DNA of 64,000 nucleotides from Mobula hypostoma (GCF_963921235.1 NC_086097.1:25112001-25176000), one strand, 5' to 3'. Counted from the first letter of the stretch, positions 1 to 13,351 are shown. Notes: generated by a model from the letters alone, not told the origin. Program-made: numbers and translations.

Positions 1-24
1 GTAACTGGCACCAACACAGTATTC

Positions 25-390
25 ACACCACTCATTAACCCTAACTTGGAATGTGGGAGGAAACTAGGGCACCCAGTGGAAACCCACGTGGTCATGGGGA
101 AAATGAACAAGCTCCTTACTGTCAGTAGCAGAATTGAACCTGGGTCGCTGGTGTAATAGCAGTTGAACAGTCTGACCAATATAATCCGAGGACATGCTTC
201 CAGTGTCAACAAACCATGCCCACAACTCACTATCCCCAACCTGTACATCTCTAGAATGTGGGAAGAAACCAGCGCATCCAGAAGAAACCCATGCGGTCAC
301 AGGGAGAATGCACAAATACCTTACAGACAGCTGCAAGAATCAAACCCCGGTCTTACATCTGGCCCACTGTAAAGCTAACCATGCTGCTCC
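25..390 (-). mobile_element. Two adjacent HE1/V-SINE-like SINE fragments
   Basis: Both match the V-domain-like core TGTGGGAGGAAAC..GCACCC..GGAAACCCAC seen in many copies in this window. Confidence 0.7.
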
Positions 391-829
391 AAATCTAGCA
401 CTTGTATTGAACTGCAAACTAACCACTGTTTAGAAATAGAGCAAGGTTTTATTGGCAATATCACAATGCAAAAGCAGAGATTTATCCTTTCCAGAAATGG
501 ACATACAGGGTGCATTATGGCCAGAGGCAAGGTCACGTCCAGCTCTGTAGATACCACTTACTAAAGCTGAGCTAAGCTTGCGGGTATTCTGAACAACTGG
601 ATATACAATTGTTGGCTGTTGGCTAGAACTCAGACTAAATTTTCACAGTAAATTTGAGGCTTGTAGTTAGGGAGGAGCCTGTCCATACTTACAGCACATG
701 CCTGCAGTCAAAGAGAAGGAAGGGAAATCATTCTGGTCACTTAATGTGGCAGATGTATCCTCCAATCGTTCAGTCCCCAAGCCTGCATCTGACTCTTCCA
801 CCTGTACGTCCAAGGGCATTCAAAATTAA

Positions 830-1470
830 CACAGGTTTGGTTATTTCACATTATGACACATTGTGCCCACTCTTGGAATATTACTTTCAGTTCTGATTGC
901 CTCATCATAGGAGGATATGGAAGCTTTAAAGAGAGTGTAGAGGAGGTTTGCCAGGACGCTGCCTATATTACAGATCATATCTTATGAGCGCAAACACAAG
1001 GAAATCTGCAGATGCTGGAATTTCAAGCAACACACATAAAAGTTGCTGGTGAACGCAGCAGGCCAGGCAGCTTCTCTAGGAAGAGGGTCTAGGAAGGGTC
1101 TCGGCCCGAAACATCAACTGTGCCTCTTTCTAGAGATGCTGCCTGGTCTACTGCGTTCACCAGCAACTTTTATATCTTATGAGGATAGGTTGAGAAAGCT
1201 AGGGCTTTTCTCTCTGGAGCGAAGGAGGATGAGGAGGTGACTTGAGATAGATGTACAAGATGATAAGAGGCATTGATCGAATAGATAGCCAGAGACTTTA
1301 TCTCATCCAGAAATGGCTAGTACAAGGACGCAAAATTTTAATGCAACTGAAGGGAAGTACTGGGGGGTGTCAGAGGTAAGTTCTTTACACAGAGAGTGGT
1401 GATGTCCTGCCAGGAGTGGTGGCATTGGCAGATACATCAGGGTCATTTAAGAAATTCATAGATAGGCACA
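830..1470 (+). mobile_element. CR1-like LINE 3' fragment (RT C-terminus), interrupted by a fold-back element
   Basis: Decayed PLLEYYFQF and YEDRLRKLGLFSLERRRMR motifs typical of the CR1 ORF2 end. Confidence 0.85.
989..1171. mobile_element. Penelope-terminus-derived mini fold-back element
   Basis: Inverted arms; 12-bp TSD ATATCTTATGAG at 977-988 and 1172-1183. Confidence 0.85.
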
Positions 1471-1471
1471 C

Positions 1472-1697
1472 TGTAGTGTATTCAATACTTCAGTAATATT
1501 TGAGTAAATTTGTATATTGTTGTTTGATTAAGCATTCTTTGTTCAGGTTACATGTAAGAAGTGCGTGAATGCCTTACGTCATTACACGACCATGCCATAT
1601 GTGAGCCCTTTACAAAGAAAAGGGAGGAAAACTAAGTAGACAAGTCAATCCTGGCTCCTATGTTTTTCTTTCGATTAATTTCTGGAGTTACAAAAAT
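1472..1697 (+). mobile_element. Probable truncated solo LTR
   Basis: Starts TGTAGTG at the abrupt end of a CR1 fragment; LTR-like composition; no TSD found. Confidence 0.4.
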
Positions 1698-1899
1698 CTT
1701 CTGTACACCAGTGAGTACAGACCTCCTTCTATTTTGCTCTGTATCACTGGGACTCTATGCAAATAGCTCTGGGTGAACAGTGGATTTATTGTCCATCCTT
1801 ACAGGCATGTGGAAGCTCTGGTGTGCATTAGGAAACAGTGGTACAAATCAGCGGCCTGCAAATTGTACAAAGAGGGCCATTTCAATTCTGCAATCAAAT

Positions 1900-2160
1900 A
1901 TAAGTCTGGAGTTTAGAAGAATGAGGGGGAATCTCAATGAAACCTATCAAATATCTCCTATTGTGGGGGAGTCTAGGACCTAGAGGGCATAGCCTCAGAT
2001 TACAAGGAGCTCCTTTTACAACAGGGATGAGGAGGAATTTCCTTAGTCAGTGGGTGGTGAATCTGTGGAATTCATTGCCACTGACAGCTGTGGAGGCCAG
2101 GTCATTGGGTATATTCAAAGTGGAGGTTGATAGGTTCTCCATTAGGAAGGGTATCAAAGC
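1900..2160 (+). mobile_element. CR1-like LINE 3' fragment
   Basis: RGHSLRL..F..MRRNFLSQWVVNLWNSLP motif. Confidence 0.85.
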
Positions 2161-2164
2161 TTCA

Positions 2165-2372
2165 TTTATTTATTGAGGTAAAGCACACAACAGATCCTTC
2201 CAGCCCTCTAAGCTGCACAACCCAGCAACCCCTAACTTAACACTAGCCTAATCATGGGACAATTTGCAATGACTATTTAATCTACCAACTGGTATGTCTT
2301 TGGACAGTGGGAGGAAACTGGAGCACCCGGAAGAAACCCACGTACAAACTCTTTACAGACAGCAGTGGGAAT
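2165..2372 (-). mobile_element. HE1/V-SINE-like SINE
   Basis: GTGGGAGGAAACTGGAGCACCCGGAAGAAACCCAC core. Confidence 0.75.
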
Positions 2373-3029
2373 ACAGGGTGAAGGCAAGCGAATGGGGTCC
2401 AGGGGGACAATAAATCAGAATCAGACTTATTATGACCGGCATGTGTAGTGAAATTTGTTAACTAAGCAGCAGCAGTTCAATGCAATACATAATACAGAAG
2501 AAAAAAAATAAAACAATAATAATAATAAATGAATAAGTAAATCAACCACAATATACACATACCAAACAGACCAAAAATTGTGCAAAAAACAGAATATATA
2601 TTAAAAAAGTGAGACAGTGTTAGCCATGATGGAATGGTGGAGCAGACTTGATAGGCCAAATGGCCTATGTCTTATGGTTTTATAAGGATCACAAATTTCT
2701 TTTGCCAAGGGCCTTTGTGACTAGTTATACAGCTGGTTGAGTCTGATAGTTTCAAGGTCACTTTTCTGGTCGGAGCTTTTTTAAAACTGACATCGCATGC
2801 TCGGCATGCCTTGGTGGGATCTTAATCAGATTCTGGGAATTAATAATGCAGTGACATGACCACGGCACTGCTATTCCCACAGTACATGGCCATTAAAATA
2901 TATAAATCAACAAGGGCAACTTACAAAATAAACTTCTTGTGCCAGGAATAACAGCTTTTAGCATTACAACAGTAGGAATACATTCCACTTTCATGTCCCC
3001 AATAACCCTCACCAGTTTTTATAGATGTA

Positions 3030-3705
3030 CCATAGCGTAACATTTTACTGTGCCAGTGATCAGGGTTCAATTCCCACCGCGGCTGCAAAGAGTTTTTAAA
3101 TTCTCCTCGTGAGCACGTGGTTTTCCTCTGGGTGTTCTGATTTCCTCCCACATTCCAAAAAAAATGGGTTAGGGTTAGTAAGATGTGGACATGTTATGTT
3201 AGTATCAGAAGTGTGGCAACACTTGCAGGCTGCCCCCAGCACCTCCTTGGACTGTGTTGCAAACAATGCATTTCACTGTATGTTTTAATGTAAATAGAGC
3301 TAATCTTTCTCGTTAATCTATGTGTAGTTTGAGCTGCACCCATCCAGGTATATGGAGAGTTCCACGTACGTGTCACCCAGTAACCCTCACCAACTGTAAA
3401 AGATGCACCATACATGGTCGCGTAGTGGTCAACGTAACATTTTACACTATAGTGATTGAGGTTCAATTCCAGCCACTGTCTGTATGGAATTTGCATAGGT
3501 TTCCTCTGGGTGCTCCAATACCCACTCCCATTTGAAAGGTTATGGTTCGTGAGTTATGGACATGCTACATTCCTGCTGGAAGCATGGCAACACTTGCAGG
3601 CTGCCCCCTGCACATCCTCGGTCTGGGTTGGTCATTGATTCCAATGATACATTTCACTGTATGTTTCATTGAATATGTGGTCAACTAAGTTCAGCTTAAT
3701 CTTTA
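3030..3705 (+). mobile_element. Two tandem tRNA-headed V-SINE-like copies (~3030-3320 and ~3413-3705)
   Basis: B-box-like GGTTCAATTCC heads, V-like core and shared tail CATTTCACTGTATGTTT..GCTAATCTTT. Confidence 0.7.
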
Positions 3706-4319
3706 ACCTTAAAAAGCAGCCTATCTAGACACATTACTGCATGGTATGGCAACTGCTCTGCCCAAGAGTGCAAGAATGCAGCCCAGCCCAGCCCACCACC
3801 AGCCTCCCCTCCACTGACTCCATCTACATTTTCTGCTGTCTCAGGAAAATAATCATAATCAGGGAACCCTCCCACCCTAGCCACTCTCTCTTCTCCCAAA
3901 GGACAGAATGCCCAAAAGCTTGAGAGCATGAACCAGCAGACCCAAGGTCACATTCCGCTGTTTTCAAACTTTTGAACAAACAGATCTGACAGAGGTACAT
4001 AAGATTATCAGGGACATGGAGACAGTAGACAGACAGCATCTTTTTCCCAGGGTTGAAATGTCTAATACATTTAAGGCATGAGGTGGTAATTTCAAAGGAG
4101 AATGTGAGGGGCAAGTTTTTTTAAACAGAGACTGGTGGGTGCCTGAAATGTGCTGGCTGGAGTGGTGGTAGAAGCAGATATATTGGAGACTTCTAAGCGA
4201 CAGTTCGATAGATACATGAATGTGAGGAAAATAGAGGACCATAGCACCATAAGACCATAAGATATAGGAGCAGAATTAGGCCATTTGGCCCATCGACTCT
4301 GCTCCATCATCTCATCATG

Positions 4320-4501
4320 ACGACAGAGAACCTGCAGATGCTGGAAATCCAAACAGCACACACAAAATGCTGGAGGAATTCAGTAGACCAGGCAGCATCT
4401 ATGGGGTCCTGCTGAAGGGTCTCGTCCTGAAATGTTGACTGTACATTTTTTCATAGATGCAGCCTGGCCTGTTAGGTTCCTCCAGCATGTTATGTTTGTT
4501 G
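4320..4501. mobile_element. Penelope-terminus-derived mini fold-back element inside the CR1 3' UTR
   Basis: Inverted arms; probable TSD CTCATCATG (4311-4319) / CTCACCATG (4502-4510). Confidence 0.75.
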
Positions 4502-7067
4502 CTCACCATGGCTGATCCAATTTTCCTCTCGGCCCTAATCTCATGCCTTCTTTCCATATCTCTTCATGCCCGGATCAATCACAGATCTATCAACCTCTGC
4601 CTTAAATATACATAAAGATTTTGCCTCCACAACTGCCTGTGGCAAAGAATTCCACAGATTCACCACTCTCTGGCTAAAGAAATTCCTTCTCATCTCCATT
4701 CTAAAAGGATGCCCCTTGATTCTGAGGCTGTGTCCTCTGGTCTTAGACTGTCCCATCATAGGAAACATCCTCTCCACAACCATTCAGTCAAGGCCTTTCA
4801 CCATTCGATAGGGTTCAATGATGTCACTCCTCATTCTTCTGAATTCTGGTGAATACAGGCCCAGAGCTGACAAACACTCTTCATATAACCTGCCATTCAA
4901 TCCTGGAATCATTTTTGTGAACTTCCTTAGAACCCTCTCTAGTATCAGTACATCCTTTCTGAGATAAGGGGCCCAAACCTGCACACAATACTCTAAGTGA
5001 GGCCTCCCCAGTGCTTTAGAAACTTTCAACATTACATCCTTGCTTTTATATTCTAGTCCTCTTGAAATGAATGCTAACATTGCATTCGTCTGCCTCACCA
5101 CAGACATAACCTGCAAATTAACCTTTAGGAAATCCTGCACGAAGACTCCAAAGTCCCTTTGCACCTCAGTTTTTTTATATTGGAAAGTAGTCAACACTTT
5201 CATTTCTTCTACCAAAGTGCATGACTGTACACTTTCCAACACTGCATTCCAAATACCATTTCTTTGCTCATTCTCCTAATCTCAAAACAAACTGCCCCTC
5301 CACCTATATTCATATCGTCTGCAAACTTTGCAACAAAGCCATCAATTTCATCATCCAAATCATTGGTATATAACATAAAAAGAATCGGTCCCAACTCAGA
5401 CCCCTGTGGAACAACACTAGTCAGAGGCAGCCCTTTATTCTCATTCCTTGCCTCTTACCAATCAGCCACTGCTTTGTCCATGCTAGAATCTTTCCGGTAA
5501 TACCATGGGCTTGTGGCTTTGTAAGCAGCCTCATGTGTGGTACGTTGTCAAAGGCCTTCTGAAAATCCAAGTACACAACATCAACCAATTCTCCTTTGTT
5601 TTTCCGGCTTGTTACTTCCTCAAAGAATTCCAACAGATTTGTTAAGTAAGATTTTCCCATGAGGAAACCATGCTGTCTATGGTCTATTTTATCGTATGCC
5701 TCCAAGTACCATAAGACCTCATCCTTAATAATCTATTCCAACATCTTCCCAACCATTGACGTCAGACTAACTAGCCTATAGTTTCCTTTATTCTGCCTCT
5801 CTCCCTTCTTGAAGAATGGAGAGATATTTGTAATGTTCTAGTTTTCCAGAACCATTTCAGAACCTAGTGATTCTTAAAAGATCATTATTAATGCCTCCAC
5901 AATCATTATAGCCAGTTCTTTCAGAACTCTGGAGTGTTGTCTGACACCATCTGGTCCAGGTAACTTATCTACCTTCAGACCTTTCAGTTTCCCAAGAACC
6001 TTCTCTCCAGTTATGGTAACTTCACACACTTCATACCCCCGACACCTGGAACTTCCACCATACTGCTAGTTTCTTCCATGGTGAAGACTCTTATTTAGCT
6101 CATCCGCTATTTCATTGTTCCCCATCTCCAGCATAGTTTTCCAGCAGTCCGATATCCACTCTCGCCTCTTTGTGTATCTGAAGAAGCTTTTGGTATCTGC
6201 TTACTTGTGTATTCCATCTCTACCTACTTAATGACCTGTTTAGTTGCCTTCAGTTGGCTTTTAAAAGCTTCCCAATGATATAACTTTCCAGTAATATTTG
6301 CTCTATGATATGCCCTCTCTTTGGCTTTTATTTCTCTTGTTAGCCATGGTTGTGTCATCTTTCCTTTGGAATACTACTTCCTCTTTGGGATGTATATTTC
6401 CTGTGCCTTCTGAATTGCTTCCAGAAATTCCAACCATTCTATCATACCTGCCAGTGTTCTTTTCCAATCAATTCTGGCCAATTCCTCTTTCATGCCTCTG
6501 TAATTCCCTTTACTCCATGGTAGTACTGTTGCATCTGACTTTAGCTTCTCCTTCTCAAATTTCAAGGTGAATTTGATCATATTATGATCACTTGCCCCGA
6601 ATGGTTCTTTTCTATAGTCAATTCTGGTTCATTGCACAACACCCAATCCAGAATAGCTGATCCCCTAGTGGGCTCAACCATGAGCTGCTCTAAAAAGCCA
6701 TCTTATAGGCACTCTAGAAATTCCCCCTCCTGTAATGCAGCACCAGCCTGATTTTCCAATCTACTTGCATATTGAAATCCCCCATGCTTGTAACAATACC
6801 CTTTTGGTATGCATTTTCTATTTCCTGTTGTAATTTGTGGGCCACATCCTTACTACTGTTTGGGGGTTCTGTCAATTCCTAGCAGGGTCTGTTTAAACCC
6901 TTGCAGTACCTTAGCTCTATCCACAATGATCCAACACCTTCCAACCCTGTGTCACCTCTGTTTAATGATTTGTTTTCATTTTTTACCAACAAAGCAATGC
7001 CGCCCCCTATGCCTTCCTGCCTATCCTTCTGATACAATATGTATCCTTGGACATTAAGCTTCCAGCA

Positions 7068-7558
7068 CCCTTGAGACTGCACACCCAGAGGCTGCCTTCA
7101 TCATCGCCAGTGACTTTAATACAGCGTCACAGTCTAAAGTCTCTCCGAAGTTTGTCAACACATCAAGGTGAGCATACTAGACCACTGCTACTCTCCCACA
7201 CTGCTTACAAAGCGCTCCTCCGCCCGCTGTTTGGACAGTTGGATCACTCCATTGTGCTGCTGTTCATGTACAGGCCGAAGCTGAAACAAGAGGTAGCCAG
7301 GGGCTACCATCCGGGAAATGGTACTGCAGCATAAAAGCCAGGACCAACAAGCTCTGGGACAGCTTCTACCGCCAGGCCATCAGACTGATTAATTCACATT
7401 AATACAATTGTATTTCTATGTTATATTGACTGTCCGGTTGTACCTACTATTTATTACAAATTACTACAAATTGCGCATTACACATTTAGACAGAGATGTA
7501 ATGTAAAGATTTTTACTACTCATGTACATGAAGGAAGTAAGTAATAAAGTCAATTCAA
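7068..7558 (+). mobile_element. Internally deleted Rex1/Babar-like LINE inserted in CR1 ORF2
   Basis: APE-like ETAHPEAAFIIASDFN joined to C-terminal KARTNKLWDSFYRQAIRLIN and an AATAAAGTCAATTCAA tail shared with 28730-29240. Confidence 0.65.
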
Positions 7559-7858
7559 TAATTTTTCAGCCATGATTCCGTGATGCCTACAACATCGTAC
7601 CTACTGACCAGCAACTGTGCTGCCAGTTCATCTACTTTATTCCATATACTGCGTGCATTCAAATACAACACCTTCAGTCCTGTATTCACCCTTTTCGATT
7701 TTGTTGCACCATGCTCAACCTTTTGATTCCTAACTTTGTCTAAGGTCTTACCATCATCTGCCTCCACAACCTCTCCACAAACTGTTCTGGTACTCTCGTT
7801 CCCATCTCCCTGCAACTCAAGTTTAAACCCCACCGTGCAGCATTAACAAACCTTCCCG

Positions 7859-8356
7859 CTAGGATATTAGCTCCCCCCAGTTCAGGTGCAAACTGTCCCT
7901 TCTGTACAGGTCCCATCTTCCCTGGAAGAGAGCCCAATGATCCAAAAATCTTATGCCCTCCCTCCTACACCAACTACTTAGCCATATATTAAACTGTATA
8001 ATCGTCCCAGTTCTAGCCTCACTAGCACGTGGCACAGGTAGCAATCCTGAGATCACAACCCTGTAGGTCCTGCCCTTTAACTTAGCAGCAAACTCCCTGA
8101 ATTCCCAATGCATAACATCGTCACTTGTCTCACCCATGTCATTGGTACTTACATGGACCACAGCTTCTGGTTGTTCACCCTCCCACTTAAGAATGGTGAG
8201 GATTCGATCCAAGTTGTCCTGGACCCTGGCACCCGGGAGGCAACATACCATCTGGGAATTTCGTTCTCGCCCACAGAACCTCCTGTCCATTCTCCTATCT
8301 AACGAATCCCCTATCAACACAGCATGCCTCTTCTTCCCCCTTCCCTTCTGAGTCAC
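7859..8356 (-). pseudogene. CR1 ORF1 SGNH-hydrolase (esterase) domain remnant
   Basis: GDS...(G/S)TND...DSLH block order of SGNH esterases, a domain known in CR1 ORF1. Confidence 0.85.
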
Positions 8357-9959
8357 AGAGGCAGACTCAGTGCGAGAGACCCAACCACTGTGAGTTTCCT
8401 ATAAGATCATCCCTCCCCCAACAGTATCCACAGTTATATACTTGTTATTGAGGGGGATGGCCACAGGGGTACTCTACACTGGCTCCTTTACCCCTCTCCC
8501 CCTTCCTGACTGTCACCTAGTTTTCTTTGTCATGCACCTTGGGTGTAACTACCTCTCTATGTGTCCTATCTATTACCCCTTCAGCCTCCCGAAAGATCCG
8601 CAGTTCATCCAGTTCCACCTCCCACTTTAATGAGGTTTATTAAAAGCTGCAGCTGGATGTGCTTCCCACAGTTGCAGTGGTCAGGGATACTGGAGATCTC
8701 CTTGCCTTCCCACATCCTGCAAGAGGAGCATTGCACTATCCTGCCTGTCACCTCTACCTAGCTGACCTATAAAGGAGAGATGGAAAAATATTAAGCTTTT
8801 CTTTCCTTTGCTCAGACTGAAGCCTCTCTTCCCTGAAGCCTTGAAGAGCTAAAGCCTTAAGCTCACCACTCTGTCCACTCAGGACATCGTGTAGACAGAA
8901 GAGATTAGTTTAGTTGGCCATTTGATCACTAATTTAATTGGTTCGGCACACCATTGTGGCTGAAGGGCCTGCTCCTGTGCTGTACTGTTCTATGTTCTGC
9001 GTTCAAACCTCTCTAATGCTAAACGATGAACTTTTGATCTCCCAATCTACCTTGTCACAGCCCTTGCACTTGCTTCATCTACTTGCACTTTCTCGATAAC
9101 TGCAACAATATATTCCCCATTCTGTTTGCTTTTTGCTACCTCAACACAATCGTGCATGGTGTGCTCTGTCTGGATGGCATGCTAAACAAAAGCTACTCAC
9201 TGTATCTCAGTACATGTGACAAAAATAAACCAATACCAATACCAGAAAACACCTCATCTAGCCTGCCTTCTGCCAATAAGAATACAACAATTACATTTGC
9301 TGGGTCCTAAGGAACAGGAGGAAGCCAGCACTGCCTCGGAGTACTCTTGTCATTTCACTGAGATCATTGGTTAACAAACTCATTGATACCATTGGTTAAC
9401 AGAACTATCAATTTCAGATTTTAAATCTTCATCCATCATGCATTTAGTTTCCTCCTTTTATGTCACTTCTCTACTGTGTTGCCGGAAACCTCATCAATGT
9501 AGCTGTAAGTTCCATATTGGACTACTCTTATATCTTCCGGTTGGCACCCTCATTGTACTTGCAGTTAGCTGCCCACATCTCAACATGTTTAAGTCCCATT
9601 CATACCCATTCAAATCATCCTTGCTATGCAATATTGACATCGGAAACATGGTGACATTTGAGGGCTGCCCCCAGCACATCTTAGACTGTGTTGGTCATTA
9701 ATGTAAAACAATGCATTTCACTGTACGTTTTAATGCTCTAATATATATTTGACAAATCAAGTTAATCTTTTTAAATCTCCCCTTACTTTTGTGAGTCCAA
9801 GTATTGGCTACTTTCAGTCCTAAGGAGGGGTGTTCTAGCCTTTTAGGTATTGCTCCTGATCTAAAACAATGGCTGAGACTTTAAATTTGCTTCCTTGTTT
9901 AGCATATCTTCTTTGGCATTGACCACTCTCCAATCCAGAAATCTACTGTTGATTGAAAT

Positions 9960-10230
9960 CCTTCATAAGGTCTGCCATTTCTAGCTTTAGTCATCCCTAA
10001 GTTTGATTGGTCCATCACTCGCAGAGATGTCTTAAGGTATCTTAAGGTCCTACGCTCTGGAATTTCCTCGACAAAACCCTCTACTGCTCCCTTTCTTTCT
10101 TTAAGATGATCTTCAAAATTTGGGTGTTTGACCAAGCTTCAGGTCATCTGCTTACATGGACCTGCATCAAAGTTTGTTTGATGTTCTTCCTTGCAGCAGT
10201 TTAGAACATCAAATTTGGTTTTAAAATTGC
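9960..10230 (+). mobile_element. Old L2-like/DeuSINE-like 3' tail remnant
   Basis: CTCTGGAATTTCCTC...TTTAAGA...TTTGACCAAGCTT..GGTCA pattern, also seen at ~27660-27830. Confidence 0.45.
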
Positions 10231-11023
10231 CTGCTGTTGGAAATAACTCAACCAGGAGATCTATACTTGTGAGAGTGACATTTACGATAAAGAGGCTTAA
10301 ACAGTAACTGCTTTGTTTTTTATGTTGCAAGTTTCCACAGTAACGGAGATACAATTAACTTTAATAGAGCTGCCTTGTAATTGAGACCTAAATCTCGTTC
10401 TCTCATGTATAAAATATACGTAAACAGGATAAAAATTATCTGTTAGTGTCCCTTTCCATCGAGAGTGAATAGAAAATATTAACTTTATTTCCCTTTTTGT
10501 TGGTGTGTTAGTGGATCCCAGTCAAGAGCATCATCCATCACTTAGGACCCCCACCACACAGGGCAAGCCCTCTTCTCATTGTCACCATCAGAGAAGAGCT
10601 ACAGAATTCTAAAGACCCACACTCAGTGTTTCATAAACAGCCTCTTCCCCTCTGACATCAGATTTCTGAATCACCCATGAACACAACCTCACCATTTTGC
10701 TTTCTTTTTCACACTATTTATTTTTAATATATTTTTAATGTAATGTACAATAATCTTTACGTATTGCACTGTACCACTGCTGCAAAACTACAAAATATGT
10801 CAGTAATAATAAACTTGATTCTGATTCAGATTTTGATTCTGATTTCTATTTACTTACATAGAACATACAGTAGAACATTACAGTACAATACAGGCCCTTC
10901 GGCCCACAACATTGTGCCGCCCTTTTAACCTACTCTAAGATCGGTTGAACCTTTCCCTCCTACTTAACCATCCAAGTCGTATAACCAGTGGCTATTAACA
11001 GCAACATTTGTACAACTTTATTT

Positions 11024-11148
11024 TCAGCTCATTTGATCTCTGGTAATATTTAATTTTGCAAGGACATTCCACTTCGGCCAGGAAGAGGTCATGTTTTCAC
11101 TGTGGTCCTGTTTAGTCTCAGAGGAGCTTTCAAAATGCGAACACACCA
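11024..11148 (-). CDS. Candidate terminal coding exon of an unidentified host gene
   Basis: Acceptor tctctgtttcag, open frame VCSHFESSSETKQDHSENMTSSWPKWNVLAKLNITRDQMS*, AATAAA just after the stop (11017-11022); non-repeat sequence. Confidence 0.3.
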
Positions 11149-11169
11149 CTGAAACAGAGAGACCTTGTT

Positions 11170-11770
11170 CCAGGATAGCTGATCTGCCCTCCAACACTAG
11201 GTTGCCCTCCTACCCAAGATCCACAAACCTGACTGTCCGGGTAGGACCATTATTTCTGCCTGCTCCTGTCCAACTGAACTTGTATCCACATACCTCGACT
11301 CCATTCTATCCCCCTTGGTTCAGTCACTTCTTACTTACATCCATAACACTTCACATGCTCTTGACCCCCATAACAACTTTCAATTTCCTGGCCCTGACCG
11401 CTTCATTTTCACCAGTTGCTATACACATCTATCCCCTATCCAGAAGGCCTTAAAGCTCTCTGCTCTCTCCTGACAACAGACACAACTTATTCCCCTCTAC
11501 CACCACCCTCATCCATCTATTAGAACTGGTCCTCAACCTAAACAATTTCTCTTTTGGCTCCTCCCACTTTCTCCAATCTCAAGGTGCAGCCATGAGCACC
11601 CACATGGACCCCAGCTATGCTTATCTTTTCGTTGGTTATATCGAACAGCCCATGTTCGGAGCCTTTCCTGGTAATGCTCCCCAACTCTTTCTGCGTTATA
11701 TTAACAATTGCATTGGTGTTGCTTCATGCGCTCATGCTGAGCTCATCAGTTTCCTCAACTTTGCCTCTGG
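11170..11770 (+). mobile_element. Old Penelope-like element RT fragment
   Basis: G(A)AMSTHMDPSYAYLFVG...LFLRYINNCIG matches PLE RT G.AMG...PSYA.LF.G / RYIDD motifs. Confidence 0.8.
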
Positions 11771-11844
11771 TGGAGGAGCTAGGGAAGATGGTGCTAGTGG
11801 ATTTATAGATCAAGGCGACTTATTTCAATTTGTTCACAAAACAG

Positions 11845-12750
11845 CTTATTAGGCCATTCAACCCATTGAGTCTGCTCCACCCTTTCATCATGGGTGACTT
11901 AACCCCATTCTCCTGACTTCTCATAATCTTTGAAGCCCTTACTGATCAAGAACCTATCAACCTTTGATTTAAATATACCCAATGACCTAGCCTTCAAAAT
12001 CATCCATGACAACGAATTCCACAGATTCACCACCCTCTGGCTAAAGAAATTTCTCCTCATCTCTGTTCTAAAGGGATATCCTAGTATTCAGAAGTTGTGC
12101 CCTCTGCTCCACCACTGTAAGAAACATCCTCTCCATGTCTACTGTTCAATATTCAATATGTTTCAATGAGATTTCCCCCACCCCGGTGAGTACAGGCAAG
12201 TACTTTAGTTCCTTAAGATCGTCACAGCCAGGGGAAGTAGCGAGGATAAGCTCCCAGTACCTATTAAATGCTCCCAATGACGTGCATCTCAAATAGCCTC
12301 TGACAACCAAGTCCAGCTCCTGGCATTCACCTGTGGCTAAGCTACTAAGCCCAGTAGGACTGTTTCTACTGACAAGAGAAGGACAAAGGTGGGTTACTGG
12401 TGCCTTAAATCAGTATCTGCCTTTCCATTGGACTCATCAACTGTGTGGAGGTAGGGAGCCTGCCGCATAGGCAACAGCTTCCTCTCCACATTGTACTGCC
12501 CTGGCTTGCTTATCACATAGAATACTGGGAGGAAACAACCATGGCCGACCCCAACCAACCAAGGGCCTCAATGACAGGCCCAGAGTCATCAAATGCTCCT
12601 CAAAAGTTGACCCTTTCGTTTGTGAGGTTATTGTGGTGAATCTCCTGTGGACCCTCTCCAATGCCAGTATATCCTTCCTTAGATAAGAGACCCAAAACTT
12701 CTCACCATTCTCAAGTGCGGTTTGACCAACTCCTTAGAAAGCCTCAGCCA
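11845..12750 (-). mobile_element. CR1-like 3' fragment interrupted by an insertion at 12198-12573
   Basis: GAATTCCACAGATTCACCACCCTCTGGCTAAAGAAATT signature; ERVHRRFT motif. Confidence 0.8.
12198..12573 (+). mobile_element. ~375-bp non-coding insertion, possibly derived from an RTE-type 5' leader
   Basis: Flanked by ACAGGC (12192-12197 / 12574-12579), splitting CR1 sequence; family call is from resemblance only. Confidence 0.45.
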
Positions 12751-13179
12751 GTCCAGTGCCTTCAAATGAAACTGTAAGACCCTTAACTGCAAGTCATTTC
12801 AAAAAAAGTTATCTAGGATCCAAAATCTGGCAAAATATCGGTGTCACCGGCAGTCACAAGTTTGAAAGTGCCTTCAAATACCTCATTAACTGGGTTGAAA
12901 TTGTTGTGGATAGATAAGGATGGTAACAGAGTAAAAAAATGTGGAAGCAAGATGTGAAAAGCAGTGCAAGGCTCAACACGAAAATTATCCAGAAAATAAT
13001 GGCTTTCTGTCTGAGGTTCCATAATGTTGTGATACTATCCTCATTTGGCAGCAAGTCCTAGATGTACTAAAGAAGCACTTACACATAATAAGGGTGTCAA
13101 AAACTAGGGGACGTAGGTCTAGGGTAAGAGGGAAGAAGTTTAGAGGGGATCTGAGGAAGAAGCTTTTCACCCACAGGTT

Positions 13180-13351
13180 CACTCACAACACGCTGGAGGA
13201 ACTCAGCAGGTCGGGTAGCATCCGTGGAAAAGATCGGCCCCGATACGTCGACCGATCTTTTCCACGGATGCTGCCCGACCTGCTGAGTTCCTCCAGCGTG
13301 TTGTGAGTGTTGCTTTGACCCCAACATCTGCAGATTATTTTGTGCTTATGA
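13180..13351. mobile_element. Penelope-terminus-derived mini fold-back element (divergent subfamily)
   Basis: Near-perfect ~58-bp inverted arms; 13-bp TSD TCACCCACAGGTT at 13167-13179 and 13352-13364. Confidence 0.88.

Larger units (their letters stand above)
4244..8800 (-). mobile_element. Near full-length decayed CR1-like LINE (ORF1 esterase, ORF2 APE endonuclease and RT)
   Basis: Ordered minus-strand motifs: [73 protein letters not shown]; short-repeat tail near 4244-4265. Confidence 0.92.

Noticed and set aside
12854..13054. Hydrophobic 66-aa ORF resembling a membrane peptide
   Set aside because: Non-ATG start, no supporting splice or promoter signals, and expected from T-rich sequence.
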